Positions 17,117 to 29,179 are shown, numbered from the stretch's first letter. The stretch is 64,000 nt of DNA from Macrostomum lignano (GCA_002269645.1 NIVC01000244.1:266484-330483); one strand, 5' to 3'. Translations and numbers: made by a program. The notes: generated from the sequence alone by a model not told the origin.

Positions 17117-18246
17117 ATGACAAACGGGTCTTCAGTAGTGAAGGATTCCTATCCGACTCCATGGTTCTTCGATGAGTCGTGGAACTGGGTGACGTGGCAC
17201 ATCTTCGTGTGGCTGTTTCCGCTGCTATGTGGGCTCGGCGCGATCGTCAATGCTGGCGCCTTCTTCGTCATTGCGACCAACCGCAAAGTGTTTCCGTACG
17301 TCACCCGACAGTACATGCTCGTCATCACGATGAACGACTTTCTTATTCTCACATTTAAAGCTGCTACTCACTACTTTGGGTACATGTCACTTATGTAAGA
17401 GAGAACGCTTGGACGTGGTACAGGACTCCTAGAAACGTCAGCTTTCCTCTGTGCATTGTCTACGACTTCCTGACGTATTATGCGCTGTCTGGGACGCAGT
17501 TTTATCAGCTCGGCCTCACAATCGACCGTTTGGTTGCCGTAGCGGCGCCTCTGAAAGCGAAGCAAATTTTGACCCGCAAGAGAAGTTGGTGGCTCCTAGC
17601 CCTCATCACCGCCATGGCTTTGCTTTTGCCAATTTTGTACGTCAGCAACCGAGACTGGAATGCGGAGTTTAATGTCTGCGATATTAAATCTTTAAATTAC
17701 GTGCTGAACATTTACAACCCATTCGATCTCTATTTTGGTCGAGTGTTTCTTCTGAGCGCCCTCATCATAGGCACAGCGGCCATCTGCCTGCTGCTGGTGT
17801 GGAACAACCGCTCGACCAAGAGAATGCAACTTGAGGCTGGGACTGACACCGGTAAGGGTCGGCACCGATCGCTGATTCGCATCACCCTGATCCTCGTGTT
17901 CCTCAACGTCACCTTCTTGGTGACGGCCCTGCCGTGGAGCATAGTGTCCCAGCTGCATGTTCACCTAGAAAAGTCAATGGGCCGGGATCCGTACATGATC
18001 TTGCTGCGCCACCTGAACACTGTGGTGTACGCCAATAACGCATTGAATTGGCCAATATACTTTATGGGCCGCAACTTTAGAGCTGCATTTGCCAGCAGCT
18101 TCCTGCCCAAGTGGCTAGGCAAGGCCGGGATTACGGCACGCTGCAGATTGTGCTGCGACAAGAACAAGAGCGATTCTATGGAGAAGCCTTCTCAAAGCAG
18201 CGCCAACAATGGCAATGGGAACGGTAAAGCGTCGAATACCAGCTAA
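17117..18246 (+). CDS. Intronless class A GPCR, copy 2, with one -1 frameshift at ~17390
   Basis: Paralogue of 14513-15573; IDRLVAV, NNALNWPIYFMGRNFR, Cys-containing C-tail. Restoring one G (as in copy 1, TCAGCTTAT) gives a single ORF. Confidence 0.8.
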
Positions 18247-18529
18247 ACAAACGGCAAACATTGATGAAGACAATGCCTGACTGATTTCTGAAAATTCCTT
18301 TGCTGACATGGATGAATAGGAATTATTTGTCTGACATTGTTACGCCACTGTTCATTGTTGACAATGCAAAAATTACAATGCAACAGCAGAGCGGTTCGGC
18401 AGACACACCCAGATGGCAAACATCGGACGGAGAATTCTATTTGATTCTTAAGCCTCTCGAAAGCTTTGGCAGCCATTCACATTCCACGGTCTTTCAAACG
18501 TCTTTTTTATACACCTAGACAGGCAGCTA

Positions 18530-18733
18530 CACTCTTCCGTTCGGTTTCAACAAAACTCGCATTCTATTTCCGACATTCATATTGGTCATTCGGTATCTGG
18601 CTACTTCAACCGTCATTCAGCAATTCAGCATTGGCCCATTCAATTTCGGCAATTGATATCCAATTTATCCAACATTGAATATCCAATTGCCGAAATTGAA
18701 TGCGAGTTCTGTTGAAACTGAACGGAAAAAGTG
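18530..18733. mobile_element. MITE-like foldback element
   Basis: Imperfect inverted repeats of ~40 bp (TTCCGTTCGGTTTCAACAAAACTCGCATTC at 18535 vs its complement ending at 18727) plus an internal perfect 18-bp inverted repeat. TSD not clear. Confidence 0.5.
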
Positions 18734-19113
18734 CAGTGAAATCAACACTATTTGTCCACTGCAAATGAAAAACTAGAAGCAGTAGATAAAATTTCAAAAC
18801 ACAAACTAGTTTGACAGGCTATATTTTAAATTGCGATAATTTGATCGGATTAAGGTGAGAAACCTTTAATTAAACCACAAAGCAAGCGAACTATTGATTT
18901 CAAATAGCCAAAAGGTGATTGCACTTTTAGCTACAAGTTTATTGTTTAAGCAAAAAAGAACACAAGCACCATATGAGAATTGGAACTAACAAGATTATTT
19001 ATAGTTTGAATATTGAATATTCTAGATAAATGAAAAAGAAGCTCGTTAGTGACCTATAATGTCCCGCGTCTAAAAATCCAATTAGATCTTTTAATAACAA
19101 AACAATACGATAG

Positions 19114-22100
19114 TCACACACTACTGACGCTGCTTCCATTAGCGCCATTCTCGGCCGGTGCCATCGCGTGATCCTCTTCGCGGGTCCATCTGGCCAGCAG
19201 TTCCGGCATCTTCTCGGCCGAGTAGCGGCAGGCCTCAGACAGGCAACGGCAGGCCATCTGGCGGCCTTTCACTCGCCAGTAGCCTTCGCCGTAGTCGAAG
19301 CAGAGCTCCTCGCCAGGCGCCACGGGGGCGCAGGTGAAGAAGCACAAGCTGGGATAGCGCAGGTCCTGATGACTGCCTGGGAAGACGCGCACAGGCCGCA
19401 TGTTCGGCTCGCAGGCGTGGTTAATAAACCTGGCTCCCGTGCCGATTCTCAGCGCGTCGATGCAGGCGCCTGGCGCGGGCGCTCCGCCAACAAGGACGAC
19501 CACCCGATCGCCGGCTTCGCTGGTGGTAGTCTGCAGGTGAGATTCGACGTCGAACAGGTAAGAATCGTCGGCCCGAGAGTCGGCCTCGGTGTCGGTGATC
19601 AACTCGCCCGAGTAGGTGCACACGTAGCCGCCGGTGGGGATGAACTCCCGGGCCCGGAGGCCCCAGCCGCGGCCGTTGTCGGTGAGGAACACGGAGCAGT
19701 TGAAGCGGACTCCGCGCTGCACAACCTGGAGAGCGGAGAGGTTGGTGGTTCGATTTAGAATTCAGTTAGAATTACTCAGAATCGGATTGAGAATTTAAGA
19801 TACAAGCTTTGCACTTGGAGTTTTAGCTTCATGTTCACGATTCATAGTTCAGTATCCCAAAACTTCAGGATTCATAGTTCAGTATCCGAAAACTTCAGGA
19901 TTCATAGTTCAGTATCCGAAAACTTCAGGATTCATAGTTCAGTATCCGAAAACTTCAGGATTCATAGTTCAGTATCCCAAAACTTCAGGATTCGTATTTT
20001 CAGTATCCCAAAACTTCAGGATTCATAGTTCAGTATCCCAAAACTTCAGGATTCATAGTTCAGTATCCCAAAACTTCAGGATTCATAGTTCAGTATCCCA
20101 AAACTTCAGGATTCATAGTTCAGTATCCCAAAACTTCAGGATTCATAGTTCAGTATCCCAAAACTTCAGGATTCATAGTTCAGTATCCGAAAACTTCAGG
20201 ATTCATAGTTCAGTATCCCAAAACTTCAGGATTCATAGTTTAGGATCCGAAAACTTCAGGATTCATAGTTCAGTATCCGAAAACTTCAGGATTCATAGTT
20301 CAGTATCCCAAAACTTCAGGATTCATAGTTTAGGATCCACTACTTCAGGATTCATAGTTCAGGATCCACAACTTTGGGATTTATAGTTCAGGATCCAAAA
20401 CTTCAGGATTCATAGTTCAGTATCCGAAAACTTCAGGATTCATAGTTCAGTATCCGAAAACTTCAGGATTCATAGTTCAGTATCCCAAAACTTCAGGATT
20501 CATAGTTTAGGATCCACTACTTCAGGATTCATAGTTCAGGATCCACAACTTTGGGATTTATAGTTCAGGATCCAAAACTTCAGGATTCATAGTTCAGTAT
20601 CCGAAAACTTCAGGATTCATAGTTCAGTATCCGAAAACTTCAGGATTCATAGTTCAGTATCCGAAAACTTCAGGATTCATAGTTCAGTATCCGAAAACTT
20701 CAGGATTCATAGTTCAGTATCCGAAAACTTCAGGATTCATATTCAGTATCCGAAAACTTCAGGACTCATAGTTCAGTATCCCAAAACTTCAGGATTCATA
20801 GTTCAGTATCCGAAAACTTCAGGATTCATAGTTCAGTATCCCAAAACTTCAGGATTCATAGTTTAGGATCCAGAACTTCAGGATTCATAGTTCAGGATCC
20901 ACAACTTTGGGATTTATAGTTCAGGATCCAAAACTTCAGGATTCAAGACTTCAGGATTCATAGTTCAGGATCCAGAACTTTGGGATTCATAGTTCAGGAT
21001 CCCAAAACTTCAGGATTATTAGTTCAGGATCCAGAACTTCAGGATTCATAGTTCAGGATCCAGAACTTCAGGATTCATAGTTCAGGATCCAGAACTTCAG
21101 GATTCATAGTTCAGGATCCAGAACTTCAGGATTCATAGTTCAGGATCCAGAACTTTGGGATTTATAGTTCAGGATCCAGAACTTAAGGGCTCATAGTTCT
21201 GGATCCCAAAACTTCAGGATTATTAGTTCAGGATCCCAAAACTTCAGGATTATTAGTTCAGGATCCCAAAACTTCAGGATTATTAGTTCAGGATCCAGAA
21301 CTTCAGCATTTTAAAATTTGCGATCAGCCAAGGTAAAAACTCATCCAACTCGTACCCGATTCTTGCAGTTAGCCCAGCAGGAGCACAGCGGGCTGCACTC
21401 GAAGATGCAGGCCTCACTTGAGTGGCAGTCAAGAAAGTCTTCGGTCAGGCAGCCGGCGCTATCATAGGCGGCGCATTTGGACATTCGAACGCAGGGACAT
21501 CCGTCGGCGCTGTCGCATCGGCCATCGCGACAGTCGCAGGTGACAATGGTGGCCGATCGGTCCACGGGCAGGTGAGGCGATTCTCGAAGCTCTTTACAAT
21601 AGAAAAACTCAGGCGGCTCAACATCTGGATTGTGCGAGTAGAGCGGCAGCGGCAGGGCCTCGGTGCCGCGGGACAGGTCGCGGTGGAGCAGAGTCTCCGG
21701 CGTAGGCAGGTTGTCCGCTTCAGCTGCTCCGTTGGCTGGCGAACCTGAGGCGCCAGCGACCGCGGCAGCGGCGGCTGCGGCGGCGGCCGCCTCCATGCGT
21801 TGACGAAGTTGAAGGTCGCGGCAAAGTTCTACGGGCGTTTCGCGCTTCTTATTTACGGCGGTGGGATCGGCGCCGGCCAGGCAGAGGGCGAATGCGGCCC
21901 GATGGTGGCCGTGGGCGCAGGCCAGATGGAGGGCCGTGTCGCCGCACAGGTCGGGCTGGTTCGGGTTGCAGCTGCAATTGTTCGGCATCAGCATCGGGTA
22001 TTATTGGCTCAAGGCTATGGATTTATGGCTAAAGGATGCTTGCTAATTTATTCAAAACGGGAGGACTGCGAGCTTCTTGACGCAACGAAATCATGCTACG

Positions 22101-23798
22101 CCTTGGAGTTTTGGTATTTACGCCGGTCGTGGACATTAATCAGAGTTACCCTGATTAATTAATACATCGCCCCAGAATCGCATCAGATGACACAGGTAAA
22201 ATAGGAAAGATGTGACTCTGAACGACTTTAAAACCAAGTATAAGTCGTCAAAGAGTCAAATTGAAGCATTTTATTGCAGTCTGCAACTCTGAAACGACCC
22301 TGGGAGCCGTATAGTCGTACTTGAGGCGTGCGCTAGAGTCGCTTTAGAGTCACTGAGTTCTGTTTGAAGCGCAGTTGCGTCGCTTGATGAATCAGGGTCA
22401 TCAGCGCCATCACAATGATTCTTGGGACGACTCTTTAGAGATTCTACAACTCACGTGACGCACTTATGACGCAACAGTCGCTTTTTCGTTGCATTAGACG
22501 CGTTTAAGCTGAAGCTGCTCTACCAAATAGCTACAGATCGCGGTCCAGCCTCACCCTTTCGCTAGCAGAGCAGTGACCAGCCCGGGCTTGTCAAACCGCA
22601 GCGCCGCCAGGTGCAACAGCGACCGGCCGTCCCGGTCAACCCGGTGCGGACTGGCGCCCCAGTCCAGCAGGCGGACCAGGCAGTCGGCCTGGCCGCTCTC
22701 CGCCGCGCACATTGCCGGAGTCCAGCCGCCGAGATCCGGCCGGTCCAGTAGGCCCGGCCAGGCGTCGAACAGGCTGCGCAGGAAGCTGCACCAGCCGTGC
22801 ACGGCGGCCATGTGCGCCGGCGTGTGTCCGCCCAAATCGGCAGCGTTGGCGTCGGCGCCGGCCGACAGCAGCAGCCGGGCAACAGACTGGCTGCCCTTCC
22901 TTGTGGCCAGCAGCAGCGGAGAGCGCCGGCTGTAGTCGAGACAGTCGGCATCGACCCTGGCGGCCAGGAGCAGCTGGGCCAGGGGCACGCAGTCGGACAG
23001 TGCGCAGGCGTGCAGCAGACAGCGGCCTTTGCGCTTCGGATAGCGCTGGTGCGGGCTGGCTCCGCTGTGCAGCAGCAGGCGGGTCGCTTTGCGGAAATTA
23101 CCGGCGCTGGCGGCCCGCCAAAGGCGCTCGGCGGCGTCAGGCGGCGGCCGACGGGCCGGCATGGCGGAGGCCAGCAGGCCGGCGTGGGAGCCGTCCAAGA
23201 CTTGGTCTGCCAGCTGCTGCTCGCCGTCAGAGGATTGATCGTCGTTGTCGTCGGCGCTGACGCGGCTGCTGTTGTTGAGCTCTGTGGATCTCACTGCTTC
23301 CGACTGCTCGCTGCCGCTGGCTTTGAACTGCACCACCTGGCACGGGGTGGGGCCCTCCTGGCCGCAGTGGGGGCAGAACACCTGAAAAATGATATGAAGC
23401 TATAATAAACACCGAACCGAAATTCCCATACTTAAATCTGATTAGTTACAGTCTCATGACTCCATCACCTGTTGAGTAGACTCGCACCTGGGCGCGCACT
23501 CTAAATGGCACAGGTGGCTAACTCCGTTAGAACCGGCCTGGCACAGGTAGAACCGGCCAGTATGGCAGAACTGTCCGCAAGCCGGACAGACCAGGTGCTG
23601 GCGCCAGGCGGCCAGGTGCTCTCGGCACAGCAGAGCGGGCGCTGCGGCCGCCTCCTGGCAGGTGAGCAGCTGGTCCAGCTGGCAGACTGCAGCCAGACAG
23701 ATGGCGGGCTCGGCGCCAGCCGCCACACTCGACTTGCCGGGCAGCAGCTGCGGATGCCAGCACAGGCAGGTGCAGAGCGGGAAGTCAGCCGTGTCCAT
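19114..23798 (-). CDS. EHMT1/2: G9a/GLP-type histone H3K9 methyltransferase (Cys-rich region, ankyrin repeats, pre-SET, SET, post-SET)
   Basis: Exons 23469-23798, 22555-23381, 21356-21971 and 19114-19725 splice in phase. Motifs: FPLCTC...CREH..W.QHLVCPACGQFC..G...VFCPHCG; ankyrins; IFECSPLCSCWANCKNR|VVQRG; GWGLRA; YSGELITDTEADSRADDSYLFD; RFINHACEPN; ELCFDYG; CRCLSEAC. Confidence 0.93.
19835..21305. repeat. 29-30-bp minisatellite (AAAACTTCAGGATTCATAGTTCAGTATCCG), ~1.5 kb
   Basis: Fills the intron between the pre-SET and SET exons; variant blocks recur as a higher-order pattern. Confidence 0.95.
22188..22500. mobile_element. Interspersed repeat rich in ACGACT/AGTCGT motifs; related copy at ~34905-35340
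   Basis: Both copies begin CACAGGTAAAATAGGAA and share GAGGCGTG and GAGTCACT motifs. The second copy has an inverted pair CAGGTAAAATAG (34910) / CTATTTTACCTG (35024). Confidence 0.45.
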
Positions 23799-23996
23799 TG
23801 TAATTCAGCTGCTTATAATAGATAGATTGTCTGTGCCACAATCTACCTGCTGTTTCAGCTGCAAAACAGGCTAAAAGCCAGGTCTGTTTTAGGAATAACA
23901 CTGAGCATCAAGGATAGCAACAACGATTTAGTTTTTTTAGTATTCCCGTAAGTAAGAAATACGCTTAAAAATTAGATAAACATATTCATATTCATA

Positions 23997-24872
23997 GGAG
24001 AGGATTGTAGCCTATAGTGGTTAGAGCGTCGGACTTTCGACTTGAAGGTCGCGGGTTGGATTCCCGATCTCACTCGTGGACACGCGTGGTACCTCGCGGT
24101 TAGGGCTACTGGTTTTGCTAAGGATTTACTAGTGGATTTATTAGTTTACTGCTTGGTAGAATCGCTGCCACCAGGTTCCTGCTTTCTCTAATTCTGGTAT
24201 TTAGATTTAAAGAATTGAGTCAGGACACCAAAGATTATAGTTAACAGTAAAAAAAAGTATTTAATAATAAGAGAACTGCGTACAAAAGGTTATTTTACAT
24301 TGTCTACCTCCAAAACCATATACACAATCTATCATTACGTTAATTCCTAACTTTATTCCCCGTTATTGTGCTTTGGGCAAGACTCCCAGTTAATTCAGAG
24401 GCAAGACTCCTCTTGTGCAATCCCTATTTAGTTTTCCCCTTTCTTTTCCTTTTCTTACCGAATTCCTTGTTATTCGCAAGACGCGCAAGCAGGAGATGCT
24501 TTTCCAAGAGCCCAACTGCTCTGTATTTCTAAAGGATCCCGAAAACTAGCGATCTACCCCCGCACCAATTATTTCCCCGGGTTAAAACTACTCGTACTGA
24601 TAGTAGGCAAAAAGCATATTTCCCCGCAACTAATTCTCGTTCCTAAAATAATGCCCTACTACACTCGGAACAATTTGTGTTCTTGAGCAAGACACTTAAC
24701 TCTGCATTGCTTCAGTTCACCCAGCTGTAAAATGGGTGCCAGCATTAGCTGGGGTAATTGAGGGTGTGTGCGGCGGCCCCCCAGTCCTTGGACTGAACAG
24801 CCGTACGCAGCCTTCAGATGCGCCGCGCAAAAGCTGCGGCTGAGCTTTCGGTTGCACATCTGCCCAATCGAT
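23997..24872 (+). mobile_element. tRNA-derived CORE-type SINE, interrupted by a solo LTR
   Basis: A-box TAGTGGTTAGAGC and B-box-like GGTTGGATTCC; after the insert, TTCTTGAGCAAGACACTTAACTC...CAGTT...CTGTAAAATGGG closely resembles the CORE domain of MIR-type SINEs. Matches copies at 47055-47333 and 49855-50020. Confidence 0.8.
24077..24663. mobile_element. Solo LTR (587 bp) nested in the SINE
   Basis: TG...CA termini flanked by the 4-bp direct repeat CTCG (24073-76 and 24664-67). Removing it restores colinearity with the uninterrupted SINE copy. Confidence 0.75.
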
Positions 24873-25598
24873 TTAAATTAATTGGCCGGGGGTAGCCGTG
24901 CGATGCACACCTATGAGGGCCAACCCATAGAGGCACAGAGAGAGTGTACATGCCTGGCGATTAAAAAGTCAAAGTACACCCGGTGTGAGCTTGTGTATGA
25001 GTGCGTGACTGTGTACAGCATTAGCGCGCTTGCATGTCAGGCTCAGGAGTCAGCGGAATGGGCAGACGTTGTCGCCGAAGGCGTTGCACCAGAGTTCCCG
25101 CAGCCCTCCTGCATTGATTAGGTACTCAGCAAACCTATGATGACTGATAACAGGCTACTGATAAATGAAAAGATTAGCACAGAAGAGACAGTTACTGCAA
25201 CAAGGCGAAAAATTGCATGGCTATTCATACATCAATATTTAATAACTACACTCTAGTAGACGAAATGCGGCATGATATGAAGGCATACACAGACGGATTT
25301 TTAATAAAGGTTTTATTAACAACAACATTTACGTAAGAGTTAATCACACAAAATGACAGATGAATATTATTTTTATTCGTAAACTGAACTAATTTTTGTA
25401 CAATTAGATGACCTACTAGTCATTTTTTGCTCAAAAATGCTACTGAAAATAAACATTATTACACTATCGCAGCAGAATAAAATGGAAGTTTAAGCTGCGT
25501 ACTAACCGCGGCCAGCCATGCTTAACTTATGTGAACTTTCATGTTAGAAGTTCAAGGGTTGGAGAGCATGAGAACCACAATGGAGAGAGCAATCAATT

Positions 25599-27104
25599 CT
25601 AATCCTGCGGTTGCCGCAGTCTCCGCAGCGCCTCGGCCACCACTGCTCGACACTCCTCGGAGCCGCTGCTCAGCCTGGCGTAGTCCTCGGCCGAGCGGCC
25701 CCTGGCGTCCAGCTGGCTCGGATCGGCGCCTCCGCCGCCCTCCGACCGCGGCAGGAGCAGCAGCTGCACTAGCTCTGACTGGCCCTCGCGACAGGCCAGC
25801 TGCAGCGGCGTCACCCGATCGCGGGTGCCGCCAGTCGAGTCCGCAGCGCCGGCGTCAGGAAGCAACCTCAGCAGGTAGCGGCACAGCTCGGTTTGGCCAC
25901 AAACGGCCGCGTGATGCAGGCAGGTGTAACCGGCCGAATCCCAGCGATCGGCGCCAACTCCGCCGACAATGTCAAGAATGACGCGCAGACAGGCCAGGCT
26001 GCCGGCTTTGCAGGCCTCCATAGCCGGGGTGCAGCCGCACGAGTCGGCTGCGTTGGCCAGCTCCGGCCGGCCGGACAGCAGCTCGGACAGTAGGCCGGCG
26101 TGTCCGTGCAGAGCCAGAGTGTGTGCCGGGGTCCGACCGTTGCGAGCCGGCCGATCAGCCTGTCCGGGATCGGCGGCCAGCAGGAGCCGAACGCAGGCGG
26201 GCTGGCCGACACGGCAGGCCAGGTGCAGCGGTGTCCAGCCGTCCTTATTGACCAGGCCGGGCCGGGCCCCGTGCGACAGCAGCAGGCGCAGCATCGGCTC
26301 AAACGGCTTGGCGCTGGCCAGCATCAGCGGAGTCCAGTCGGCCCGTTTTAACGGGTCAACTGGCACCCTGCGGCACGCGGGTAGGTGGGATGTGTCTGGT
26401 TAGTAAGATTCTCTAACATTTGTGTCCGAAAGTGAGATTCGAACTCAATTAACATGGCTTCAATCGCTGAGTGGCACTGATCGATGACAGGAGTGATCCA
26501 TAGGGAGTCCTCAGTGACTGACCGGCGAATAAGGTTCACTGACCCCCGAGCACGCACACGCGCTCACACAGGTGCACATCGTCAAGCACGTAATGTACAC
26601 ACTGTGTGAATCACAGGCAACCCCAGGCCGATTTACGTGCGCAAGCCCCAAATGAATGCGGCCTGAGAAAGGAATCGAACAACTGGTACATGTACTTTTG
26701 TCCCGCTCTAATTTAGAGTCAATTTTCACCCTTAATTCAACAATGCTCAACAAGCAGCACCTGGCAACCCGTAGCAGCCAATCAGCGGCGGCCAGGGCGT
26801 CGGCCTGCGCCGCTTCGTGTAGCGCCCGTTTGCCGTCAAAATTCGACTGTCCGGCAAAGTCGGCGCCCCTGGCCAGCAGGTAGTCAAGCAACCGGACACT
26901 GTCCGACCGGCCAGACAGGGTAACGACGGTGTCGCCGGATCCGGGATGGTGCTCCGACAGCCACCAGGCGGACTGGCAGCTGTCAGCTTCGGTGGATTCG
27001 CCGGCAACTCGATCCTCAACGACGAAGGCGTCGAAATCGCCCTGCTGAGCCAGACGGAGCAGCCGCTCCAGCTGACGGCCGCGACTGTCGCGTTGCTTGC
27101 GCGG
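25599..27104 (-). CDS. ANKRD16: Ankyrin repeat domain-containing protein 16 orthologue (no genomic ATG found)
   Basis: Exons 26761-27104 and 25599-26367 splice in phase (VAR|VPVD). SGDTVV...DGKRALHEAA, VDPLKRADWTPLMLA, NKDGWTPLHLA and DSCGCTPAMEA match my recollection of human ANKRD16 (GDTLLH, YKRPLHEAA, VDCLKKADWTPLMMA, KNKDGWNSFHIA). Confidence 0.85.
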
Positions 27105-27121
27105 CTGGAATAGGGCGGGAT

Positions 27122-27972
27122 TGGGACTGATGGGATCGATGAGGGACTGGTGATGGGATTGATGAGAGGCTGGTGATGGGATTGATGAGAGGCTGGTGAT
27201 GGGATTGATGAGGGGCTGGTGATGGGATCGATGAGGGACTGGTGATGGGATTGATGAGAGGCTGGTGATGGGATTGATGAGAGGCTGGTGATGGGATCGA
27301 TGAGGGACTGGTGATTGGATTGATGAGAGGCTGGTGATGGGATTGATGAGGGGCTGTTGGTGGGATTGATGAGGGGCTCGTGGTGGGATTGATGTAGGGC
27401 TGATGGTGGGATTGATGAGGGGCTGATGGTGGGATTGATGAGGGGCTGGTGATGAGATTGATGAGGGGCTGGTGATGGGATTGATGAGGGGCTGGTGATG
27501 GGATTGATGAGGGGCTGGTGATGGGATTGATGAGGGGCTGGTGATGGGATTGATGAGGGGCTGGTGATGGGATTGATGAGGGGCTGATGGTGGGATTGAT
27601 GAGTGGCTGGTGGTGGGATTGATGAGGGGCTCGTGGTGGGATTGATGAGGGGCTGATGGTGGGATTGATGAGGGGCTGGTGATGGGATTGATGAGGGGCT
27701 GGTGATGGGATTGATGAGGGGCTGGTGATGGGATTGATGAGGGGCTGGTGATGGGATTGATGAGGGGCTGGTGATGGGATTGATGAGGGGCTGGTGATGG
27801 GATTGATGAGGGGCTGGTGATGGGATTGATGAGGGGCTGGTGATGGGATTGATGAGGGGCTGGTGATGGGATTGATGAGGGGCTGATGGTGGGATTGATG
27901 AGGGGCTGATGGTGGGATTGATGAGGGGCTGGTGATGGGATTGATGAGGGGCTGGTGATGGGATTGATGAGT
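27122..27972. repeat. 23-bp minisatellite (GATGGGATTGATGAGGGGCTGGT), ~37 copies
   Basis: Ends ~18 nt before the ANKRD16 acceptor and explains the spurious 489-aa ORF. Confidence 0.95.
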
Positions 27973-28747
27973 AAATGCATAATCCAGATAAAAAGATGGA
28001 AACTGAAATTAATAAATGGACAATTTAAGCTGCTCCTGCTAGTTAAATTGACATTTCATATTGGTTAGTAAAAGCTGTAATTTTTTATGGTGATGCAAAT
28101 GCTAGCATCTTTACACCCTATGCACATAAAAAATAATATATTTAACGTATTCAAGCAAAAATGAATAGCAATGAACAGTGCAGATAAATCCATTTTCAGA
28201 ACGATCAGCAAACAAACAGAAAAGACAGTTAGCGGTCGGTGAAATTGGAATTCAAAAGCCAAAAAATGAACACTATATCATATAGTTATCGCACAGTTCC
28301 TTATATGATAATGAGAATGCAATAAGTTTAACTTGCGATTCACAGAGCCTACTATGAGTAGGCTATAGTTGTCTACAAAAGAAATAGGCTGTACACGATT
28401 TAGCGAGCCTGAACCCGGCCTAGCAACACATGTTTACCATAGAAACAACACTTATATGATGTTATTAGCAGCGTAGAATATTTTTGTTACCATCTAAAAA
28501 CGCTTCACAATACAGTTTTGAAGGCATAATACCGGCAAATTCTCCAGACTTTAATCCCATTGTATCATGCGAAAATTTAAAAAGTTTAATTGAAACTTTA
28601 TCTAAAACTTTTTTACTAAAATGGACTATTAATTTGCAGTATTGCTGATCAATCAACTCTGCACATTAAGACTGTTGCTTTCTGGTCTACGTGGTCATAC
28701 GAGTATATGGGCTTTATTAATATTTAGAATGCCTTGTGCTATCAACA

Positions 28748-29179
28748 GATACTAGAAAAACTAGACGGGCCACTCAGCACATTTGCGTGTAAGCTACTTT
28801 CAGTTCAGTAGTAGGTTAGACAGAAGCATTTTAATGTATTTTTAAATCCAAGGCTCATTTATTGGCTCTTACCCCCCCCCGCTAAGCCCCCCAACCGCGC
28901 CTTTCCACACTTCCTCAATTTTTATTGCCTTTCTCTCGGAATTCTAGCCTAAAGCTGCCATGTACATTTCAGTGGACTGGCTAATGTACATTATTGCTGA
29001 ACCAATTAGCAAGCTGTTTACGCCTGCAAGCTTTGGGCTTCTAAACTTATCAAAGTCATTTCAGCTGCCTTTATTTTTATGAAATAGCTTATGTATTCTT
29101 CTTTGCTACTGAACTGTAAGTAGAAAGCTGTTTTACTTAGTATATGTGCCTGAGTGGCCCATCAAGTTATTTTAGTATC
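28748..29179. mobile_element. MITE with ~65-bp imperfect TIRs
   Basis: Left GATACTAGAAAAACTAGACGGGCCACTCAG...CTACTTTCAGTTCAGTAG; reverse complement of right GATACTAAAATAACTTGATGGGCCACTCAG...CTACTTACAGTTCAGTAG. Related copies at ~47768 and ~55006. Confidence 0.7.

Noticed and set aside
18606-18797. ORF with a signal-peptide-like start (MKFYLLLL)
   Set aside because: Starts at TTG and runs through the foldback element.
23997-24076. tRNA gene
   Set aside because: Acceptor and anticodon stems do not pair well, the B-box is mutated, and it continues into a SINE body.
26511-27980. 489-aa ORF with a His/Pro/Ser-rich repeat N-terminus
   Set aside because: The N-terminal ~290 aa are read-through of a 23-bp (non-triplet) minisatellite; a canonical acceptor at 27105 marks the true exon start.
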